In this document: positions 27,597 through 33,814 of the stretch, piece by piece
Layout of the letters: every line of letters begins with the position of its first letter
How positions within the stretch are numbered: position 1 is the stretch's first letter
DNA from: an uncultured Candidatus Saccharibacteria bacterium
GTDB lineage: Bacteria > Patescibacteriota > Doudnabacteria > UBA920
Reading direction: 5' to 3'
Assembly (NCBI GenBank): GCA_964416765.1
Contig: CAYQEU010000001.1
Location: 1,675-65,674 of the forward strand
Length of the DNA: 64,000 bases
Made by a program: the position numbers and the translations under genes
The notes under the pieces: model-generated
Databases searched by the model: none
Seen by the model: only the letters and a program-made list of their open reading frames with translations
Told to the model about the DNA's origin: nothing

Positions 27597-27867
27597 TGGT
27601 ATTTAGGTTTACATTTTTTACTACCCCATGAATGTTTATCTTAGTGGTGGTTTTTTTGGGGGCAGGAGGGGTAGGACGACTCACATACAAAATTATAATC
27701 TGGACGATAGTCAAAACCGCCAGGACGATGGCAAGAATCAGGATTCTTCGGGGAATGCGCTTGATTCGCGATGGCGGTGTCATAGGGATTTGGGGTGTGG
27801 TTGGTTGCTCTACTTGGAAGTGGCTAAAGTCTAAGCCCTCTTCTTCTTGAGGTTGTTCCAAAGGCAT
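27583..27867 (-). CDS. 94-aa single-pass membrane protein coupled to pilin
   Basis: One TM helix, overlaps the pilin start, N-terminal EEEGLDFSHF. Confidence 0.7.
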   Translation of the reverse strand: MPLEQPQEEEGLDFSHFQVEQPTTPQIPMTPPSRIKRIPRRILILAIVLAVLTIVQIIILYVSRPTPPAPKKTTTKINIHGVVKNVNLNTNAQK

Positions 27868-27935
27868 GTGCTTATTTTACCATAGTTTAATGCCTTTTGC
27901 CTGTAATTTGGCCAATATAGTGCTATTATTATGTT

Positions 27936-28553
27936 ATGGAAATAGGAACCCCCACAACTAAGAGAAGAATGTCTGAGAGAGGGTTTACCCTTATTGAATT
28001 GCTAATGGTCATAGCCATCATAGGCTTGCTGGCTTCCATTACTTTAACCAGCGTGACCGCGGTACGGGACAAAGCCCGAGACACCAGACGAGTGACCGAC
28101 GTGAAGCAGCTAGCGGGTGCCGTAGAACTTTATCGACTGGCCAATGGCACGTATCCAGTGGCCGCTGTTCCGACACTATCCATACCGGGAGTTTCCCCGA
28201 CGTACGTTAGTTCTATTCCCGCGGCTCCAGTGCCGCCGGCCCGGAACTGTACCTCTTCCCAAAACCAATATTTGTACCAATCTGACGGAACCAATTATGG
28301 AATCCAGTTTTGCATCGGGGGAAATGTGGGAAGTATCGGATCGGGTGTGGGGGTTATGTCAGACAAAGGAGCAGGTTTGCGTTATGACGTAAACGGCGAT
28401 GGGGTTGTAGACAATAATGACCCAAATTATATTGCACAATACGTTGTGCTTTTAGTAAACAGTTGCCCGCTATACCTATGTGATATCAGCGGCGATGGCG
28501 TAGTTACCGCACAGGACGCCGCGCTCTTGGCACAGATTATTGCGGGATCCTAA
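27936..28553 (+). CDS. Type IV pilin fused to a C-terminal dockerin-like domain
   Basis: ERG/FTLIELLMVIAIIGLLAS. C-terminal DVNGDGVVDNND...DISGDGVVTAQD. Confidence 0.88.
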   Translation: MEIGTPTTKRRMSERGFTLIELLMVIAIIGLLASITLTSVTAVRDKARDTRRVTDVKQLAGAVELYRLANGTYPVAAVPTLSIPGVSPTYVSSIPAAPVPPARNCTSSQNQYLYQSDGTNYGIQFCIGGNVGSIGSGVGVMSDKGAGLRYDVNGDGVVDNNDPNYIAQYVVLLVNSCPLYLCDISGDGVVTAQDAALLAQIIAGS

Positions 28554-28573
28554 TGATATTGAGACGTAATTTT

Positions 28574-28596
28574 AAACCGGCCAAGGGGCCGGTTTT
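28574..28596. terminator. Bidirectional terminator
   Basis: AAACCGGCC-aagg-GGCCGGTTTT between the pilin and the tRNA 3' end. Confidence 0.7.
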
Positions 28597-28601
28597 ATAG
28601 T

Positions 28602-28676
28602 TGGTAGCGCTACGGGGAATCGAACCCCGATTTGATGGATGAAAACCATCTGTCCTAACCATTAGACGATAGCGCC
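28602..28676 (-). tRNA. tRNA-Glu (anticodon TTC)
   Basis: Reverse complement GGCGCTA...GATGG-TTTTCAT-CCATC...GGTTCGATTCC...TAGCGCT-ACCA with encoded CCA. Confidence 0.95.
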
Positions 28677-28740
28677 ATAGATATTTAAGGTTTGCAGTTT
28701 CACTATTATAGCGAAATTCGTGGATTTAATCAAGCCCTGG

Positions 28741-29229
28741 CTAGCGAACTCGCTTAATATATAGAGAATAAAAAAGCGCAGCACCGGGAGGGGGTGCCGC
28801 GCCAGAAGAAACACACGGTGGGAGGTCTTGGTAAAAGTCATTGACCATGAACCCCTGGTTGAACCGGACCCGGACTTTTTTGTCCAGGTACTGGGCTGCT
28901 ATCCCGGCGGCGCGCTTGGCATCGCCCAAAATTTGGCAGTCCGGTGTTCCGGCGGGATAGGACACGGAAATCCCCGTTGGCTTCATTCCCTGGACGGGAA
29001 TGTTGGCGTCGGCTAGTTCCGCCCGCAGTTTCTTACTGTCCCATTTTTTGCCCAGCTCCATTTCCCAAACGAACACCCTTTTGCCGTCGGCGGGGGAATT
29101 TTCCACCACCGTGTAATCCCAAAACGGAATTGGCTGAGGGGTCGGGTTGGGAGAAGCGGTTGGCTTCTGCGCCGCGAGAGGCAGGGACAACATTACGATA
29201 AAGAATAATGAGCCTAAAATAGATCTCAT
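28741..29229 (-). CDS. Secreted hypothetical protein
   Basis: GAGGTG SD before MRSILG, signal peptide ending LAA, Pro-rich linker, two Cys. Confidence 0.6.
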   Translation of the reverse strand: MRSILGSLFFIVMLSLPLAAQKPTASPNPTPQPIPFWDYTVVENSPADGKRVFVWEMELGKKWDSKKLRAELADANIPVQGMKPTGISVSYPAGTPDCQILGDAKRAAGIAAQYLDKKVRVRFNQGFMVNDFYQDLPPCVSSGAAPPPGAALFYSLYIKRVR

Positions 29230-29323
29230 ATTCACCTCATCCTCTTTAGATTTGCCCGGCAGGCCAGGCATAGAGTACGGGAATTAGACCATGAAATGGC
29301 ATTTTTGTCAATGCCGAAATGAA

Positions 29324-29362
29324 AGACCGGGCAACTATATAAATATAGTTACACCGGTCTTC
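29324..29362 (-). terminator. Long hairpin, probable terminator
   Basis: AAGACCGG-gc-AACTATA-taaa-TATAGTT-aca-CCGGTCTT downstream of the 29404 ORF. Confidence 0.5.
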
Positions 29363-29403
29363 TGAGATGGAGCATGCCTTATGCAAAGCGGAAGAAGTAA
29401 GTA

Positions 29404-29685
29404 TTATTGCATACGGTATTTCGCTTCTGCTCCTGATCTCATTACCATCGCGCCAGCAATTCCGGCGGCGAACGCTGCGGCGAACAGCGTAACGATGGAC
29501 AAAGGGTCCTGGCGGTGTGCAACCTCTCCGGCTTGCATACCAAGGACCAATATTCCCATTAATTTGGGAACCCGTGACTTGTCAGTCACGGCTTTGACCA
29601 GCTTGGGCGGGTGCGGGGTCATTTTGACCGCGGCTCTCAGCGAGAACATACCCGCAGCTCCAAGGATCAGGAGCGCCATAGGCAT
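29404..29685 (-). CDS. Small hydrophobic membrane protein
   Basis: AAGGAG SD before ATG at 29685 or 29679, about 3 hydrophobic segments, own upstream promoter. Confidence 0.55.
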   Translation of the reverse strand: MPMALLILGAAGMFSLRAAVKMTPHPPKLVKAVTDKSRVPKLMGILVLGMQAGEVAHRQDPLSIVTLFAAAFAAGIAGAMVMRSGAEAKYRMQ

Positions 29686-29732
29686 AAGCTCCTTTCTGCC
29701 CACTTAAGCGTGGGCGCCCTCCATTAATATTT

Positions 29733-29798
29733 ACTACCCGGCCCTAGTCTTCGTAACCCTTGTGACTAGGCCACCCCATGCGGCAACGGCCGGGTAGC
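29733..29798 (-). ncRNA. Candidate structured RNA (three-way junction), family unknown
   Basis: 11-bp, 5-bp and 6-bp stems. G-U pairs work only on the minus strand. Begins 5 nt after a -10 box. Confidence 0.5.
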
Positions 29799-29803
29799 CG
29801 GTC

Positions 29804-29832
29804 AGTGTACACCCGGGGAAAAGGCCTGTCAA
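29804..29832 (-). promoter_or_regulatory. Sigma70 promoter
   Basis: TTGACA-N17-TACACT. Confidence 0.75.
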
Positions 29833-29839
29833 CCGCGGC

Positions 29840-29896
29840 TTGACGCACTCCCAAGAGGGGAGTAATCTGAAATAGTAAACCCCCCATAGGGGGGTA
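29840..29896 (+). promoter_or_regulatory. csoR promoter with two CsoR-type C/G-tract operators
   Basis: TTGACG-N17-TAATCT. Palindromes ACTCCC-N5-GGGAGT (29847-29863) and ACCCCCC-ATA-GGGGGGT (29879-29895). Confidence 0.75.
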
Positions 29897-29917
29897 TGAA
29901 AGGACCAGGCAATAACG

Positions 29918-30193
29918 ATGCCCGAAACCGACACCCAAAAGGACAACATCATTAAACGGCTGCACTACGCCGAGGGCCATTTGCGAGCCGTGGCTACCAT
30001 GGTGGAGAATAAAGCGTACTGCATGGATATCATCAACCAGAACCACGCCGTCATTGAAGCGCTGAAGAAAATCAACGGCATGATTTTGGAAGGCTACCTT
30101 GGTGAGTGCGCCTTTGACGCCGTAAACAGCAAGAACGCCCAAAAACGAAAAAAAGCAGTCATGGAATTAGTAAATTTATACAGCAAGAAATAA
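29918..30193 (+). CDS. CsoR/RcnR-family repressor
   Basis: RL...EGHL..V..MVE...YC.DII.Q..AV..AL, second Cys in YLGEC. Confidence 0.88.
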   Translation: MPETDTQKDNIIKRLHYAEGHLRAVATMVENKAYCMDIINQNHAVIEALKKINGMILEGYLGECAFDAVNSKNAQKRKKAVMELVNLYSKK

Positions 30194-30194
30194 C

Positions 30195-31178
30195 ATGGAA
30201 AACGAAATTTACAAAACTATCATCATTGGTTCCGGCCCAGCCGGACTTACCGCCGCCCTTTATGCTTCCCGCGCCGACTTGAAACCGTTGCTCATATCCG
30301 GCTTTGAACCAGGCGGCCAGCTTATGCAAACCACCGATGTCGAAAACTTCCCGGGTTTTCCGGAAGGGATCCAGGGTCCCGAGTTAATGCAGAAAATGAT
30401 TGAACAGGCTAAGCGCTTTGGTACGGAGTGGGTGCAGGAAAACGTGACCGCGGTGGACTTTTCCGGGGTGCCGCTAAAAGTTTCGACGGAAGGTAAGACT
30501 TATTTGGGCGAAACAGTAATAATTGCCACGGGTGCCGAGGCTAACTGGCTTGGTTTGCCCAACGAGCAAAGATTGCGCGGCAAGGGCGTTTCCGCCTGCG
30601 CCACCTGTGACGGATTTTTCTTCCGCGACAAGGAGGTTGTGGTAATTGGCGGGGGAGACAGCGCCATGGAGGAAGCTAATTTCCTGACTAAGTTTGCCTC
30701 CAAAGTTACCATACTTCACCGCAGCGACAACTTTCGGGCTTCCCGTATCATGTTAAAGCGCGCCCAGGACAATCCTAAGATTTCCTTTATCACCAACATC
30801 ACCGTTACGGATGTTTTGGGAGAAGAAAATGTTACCGGGGTCCGGTACAAGGACAATGCCACCGGCGAAGAAAAGGAATTGGCGTGTAATGGTTATTTTG
30901 CCGCCATTGGACACACCCCGTCTACCAAAGTATTTGCCAACAGCGGTGTTAACACTGACATCAAGGGTTATGTAATAACCACCGATCACACACGCACTAG
31001 CATCCCTCGGGTGTTCACCGCGGGCGACGTGCATGACCCGCGTTACCGCCAGGCCGTAACAGCCGCCGGCATGGGCTGCATGGCCGCTCTCGACGTGGAG
31101 AAGTTTTTGGCTGAGATGGAGCACCAAATGGGGGACATGCAAGATATGGAACAAATGAAAGCTCAGACCAATGCTTGA
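30195..31178 (+). CDS. trxB: Thioredoxin reductase
   Basis: GSGPAG, CATCDG, GGGDSAMEEA, AGDV...YRQAVTAAG. Confidence 0.97.
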   Translation: MENEIYKTIIIGSGPAGLTAALYASRADLKPLLISGFEPGGQLMQTTDVENFPGFPEGIQGPELMQKMIEQAKRFGTEWVQENVTAVDFSGVPLKVSTEGKTYLGETVIIATGAEANWLGLPNEQRLRGKGVSACATCDGFFFRDKEVVVIGGGDSAMEEANFLTKFASKVTILHRSDNFRASRIMLKRAQDNPKISFITNITVTDVLGEENVTGVRYKDNATGEEKELACNGYFAAIGHTPSTKVFANSGVNTDIKGYVITTDHTRTSIPRVFTAGDVHDPRYRQAVTAAGMGCMAALDVEKFLAEMEHQMGDMQDMEQMKAQTNA

Positions 31179-31545
31179 GTATAGCGGCCGGGTCATTCAT
31201 GGACAGCACCTGGCCAATACGCTGGGTTTCCCGACGGCTAACCTGGATCGACGGCAGTGGCAGCGCCAAAAGCTAAACTGGAAACTGGGAGTGTATATTG
31301 GGACCGTCACCGGAAGCGGCGGGAGGAAGTATCGAGCCGCGTTCGGACTTGGCCCCAAAGAGAGAAACCAGCTGCCCAAGATTGAAGCGCACTTACTGGA
31401 TTATAAAGGGCCGCCCTTGTACGGTAAACCGCTGACGTTTCAGCTAACAAAGTACCTGCGCCCTTATAAAAAATTTCCTAACCTAGAAGCGCTCAAACGG
31501 CAAATCGCCGCTGACGTAAAACAAGCAAGCAAAATACAGCTATGA
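31171..31545 (+). CDS. Monofunctional riboflavin kinase (RibF C-terminal domain only)
   Basis: GRVIHG...LGFPTANL, IEAHLLD, LYG, YLRP..KF. Confidence 0.85.
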   Translation: MLEYSGRVIHGQHLANTLGFPTANLDRRQWQRQKLNWKLGVYIGTVTGSGGRKYRAAFGLGPKERNQLPKIEAHLLDYKGPPLYGKPLTFQLTKYLRPYKKFPNLEALKRQIAADVKQASKIQL

Positions 31546-32468
31546 AAAAATACATAAAATATGCCCCCTATCTGGTGTTTGTCGCGGCAATGCTTTGGGC
31601 AACTGATGCCCCTTTCCGCGTTTATTTAACCAGCCAGCTCTCCAGTAATTTTATTGTCTTGGCGGAGCATCTGGTTGATGTGTTAGTGGCACTTCCCATA
31701 CTAATTAGCGTGTGGCCGGAACTCAAACAACTTAATGGCAAAGCCTGGATTTCTGTTTTAATAATTGCCATTGGCGGTTCTGCCCTGGCTTCCGTTGCTT
31801 TTACCGAAGCGTTCCGTTACATGAACCCCTCCGTCGCCATCCTTCTGCAAAAACTCCAGCCGCTAATCGCGATTTCGCTCGCTGCCGGCCTGCTCCGGGA
31901 GCGGCTTCGCGAGCGGTTCTGGATTTGGGCCGTGTTGGCTTTGGCCGGCGCGTACATAATTTCCTTCCCTCACTTGCGACCTGAACTTTATGCCGGAGAG
32001 CAGTTTAATCCCAACATGATCGGCGTAGGCCTGGCCCTGCTGGCCGCGGTATTGTGGGCTACTTCCACTGTCCTGGGACGATATGTCTTAAGCAAGGTTA
32101 GTTTTACCGCCATGACCAGCTTGCGTTTCGTGTTCGCGTTTCTGTTCCTTATCCTCCTGAACGCTTACCAGGGCTCATTTTCCCAGGTTCAACTGCTGAC
32201 TCCGAAGGATCTACTGTTCATTGCCATAATTGCCGTGGCATCCGGAATAGTCTCGCTCTATATCTATTACGCCGGTTTGCAGAATACCAAAGCTTCCATT
32301 GCTACTATCGCTGAGTTAGGGTTCCCCCTGGCTGCCGTGGTGGTAAACTATTTCTTTCTGCATGCGGCTTTGGCGCCCATGCAGCTCGTTGGAATTGCGG
32401 TATTGCTCTTGGCCGTGTGGCAGCTGGGCAAGGTAAACCGGGAAGAAGTATCGGTTTCCACTGTTTAA
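31542..32468 (+). CDS. EamA/DMT-family transporter
   Basis: Ten TM helices in two repeats, LQKLQPL, LLRER. Confidence 0.88.
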   Translation: MKKYIKYAPYLVFVAAMLWATDAPFRVYLTSQLSSNFIVLAEHLVDVLVALPILISVWPELKQLNGKAWISVLIIAIGGSALASVAFTEAFRYMNPSVAILLQKLQPLIAISLAAGLLRERLRERFWIWAVLALAGAYIISFPHLRPELYAGEQFNPNMIGVGLALLAAVLWATSTVLGRYVLSKVSFTAMTSLRFVFAFLFLILLNAYQGSFSQVQLLTPKDLLFIAIIAVASGIVSLYIYYAGLQNTKASIATIAELGFPLAAVVVNYFFLHAALAPMQLVGIAVLLLAVWQLGKVNREEVSVSTV

Positions 32469-32488
32469 TAATTTAAAGCTTAACTAAC

Positions 32489-33715
32489 ATGAATAACAAC
32501 CCATTTGAATCAGCCCAGGCCCAGCTCCGCGCGGCCGCGGAAATCGCCAACTTTGACCCGGACAAAATAGCCCGGCTCATGGAACCTGACCGCTACACCG
32601 AAGTTTCCATTCCCGTGCGCATGGACGACGGTTCCCAAAAAATCTATACCGGTTTCCGCAGCCAGCACAATAACGCGCGCGGCCCGTACAAAGGAGGTAT
32701 CCGCTATCATCAGCAGGTCAACCTGGATGAAGTAAAAGCCTTAAGCTTTTGGATGTCCTTTAAGAACGCGGTAGTTAACGTACCGTTTGGCGGCGGCAAG
32801 GGCGGTATTATAGTAAACCCAAAAGAATTGTCAGAAGGGGAATTGGAACGGTTATCCCGCGGGTACATACAAAAGATGTACCGTTTGTTTGGCCCTGAGT
32901 TTGATGTTCCCGCTCCGGATGTAAACACCAACGGTCAGATCATGGGCTGGTTCCTCGACGAGTATGAAAAGTTAACCGGCACCAAAGCGCCAGCCACTTT
33001 TACCGGTAAGAACATCGAAGATGGAGGGAGTGAAGGACGTACTGAGGCCACCGGTTACGGCGGTGGATATGTAATCCGCGAAGCCGTGAAGGCTGGAATC
33101 ATCCCGGAAGGCAAGCAAACCATCGCCATCCAGGGTTTTGGTAACGTCGCTACTTACCTGGCGGAAAGCGTCGCCAGTCTTGGCTTCACTATTGTTGCCT
33201 TGTCAGACAGCAAAGGCGGAGTATATAACGCTGAAGGGATCGATGTCGCCGCTGCCGAAAAGCATAAAAAGGAAACCGGCGCGTTAAAAGACTTACCCGG
33301 CACCCAGAATATTACCAATGAAGAACTACTAGAGCTGGATGTCGCGGTTTTGGTACCGGCCGCCTTGGAAAATGTTTTGACCGCCGACAATGCTAACAAC
33401 ATTAAAGCGCATTTAATTCTGGAAATGGCCAACGGTCCTACCACACCGGAAGCAGACCAAATTTTCCATGACAAAAATATCGCGGTAATACCGGACATTC
33501 TGGCCAACAGCGGGGGAGTGGGAACTTCCTACTTCGAATGGTACCAAAATATGCACAACGAGAAATGGTCCAAGGAAGATGTGCTGAAGAAACTGGACGA
33601 GTACATGGTGAAGGCTTTCGCGGACGTTGTGGCAAAGAAGAATGACCATAATACTACCTACCGGAACGCGGCGTACATAGTGGCTGCCAACCGGATTATT
33701 GAAGCCATGGAGTAG
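32489..33715 (+). CDS. gdhA: Glutamate dehydrogenase (Glu/Leu/Phe/Val family)
   Basis: GPYKGGIRY, PFGGGKGG, DVPAPDV, QGFGNV, EMANGP, PDILANSGGV. Confidence 0.93.
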   Translation: MNNNPFESAQAQLRAAAEIANFDPDKIARLMEPDRYTEVSIPVRMDDGSQKIYTGFRSQHNNARGPYKGGIRYHQQVNLDEVKALSFWMSFKNAVVNVPFGGGKGGIIVNPKELSEGELERLSRGYIQKMYRLFGPEFDVPAPDVNTNGQIMGWFLDEYEKLTGTKAPATFTGKNIEDGGSEGRTEATGYGGGYVIREAVKAGIIPEGKQTIAIQGFGNVATYLAESVASLGFTIVALSDSKGGVYNAEGIDVAAAEKHKKETGALKDLPGTQNITNEELLELDVAVLVPAALENVLTADNANNIKAHLILEMANGPTTPEADQIFHDKNIAVIPDILANSGGVGTSYFEWYQNMHNEKWSKEDVLKKLDEYMVKAFADVVAKKNDHNTTYRNAAYIVAANRIIEAME

Positions 33716-33738
33716 GTAAACAAAATATGAAGAAAATT

Positions 33739-33773
33739 AAGGGCTTGTCAAAGCCCTTTTTTTGTGCTATAAT
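33739..33773 (+). promoter_or_regulatory. gdh terminator hairpin overlapping the next sigma70 promoter
   Basis: AAGGGCTT-gtca-AAGCCCTT plus T tract. TTGTCA-N17-TATAAT. Confidence 0.6.
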
Positions 33774-33814
33774 TAAGGCATAATAAAGGTTAAACCTTAA
33801 AAATTAGAAACAAA

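Noticed and set aside
28602-28676. tRNA-Glu (and tRNA-Leu) as integration sites of a mobile element
   Set aside because: No integrase or transposase and no duplicated tRNA 3' end were found by eye.
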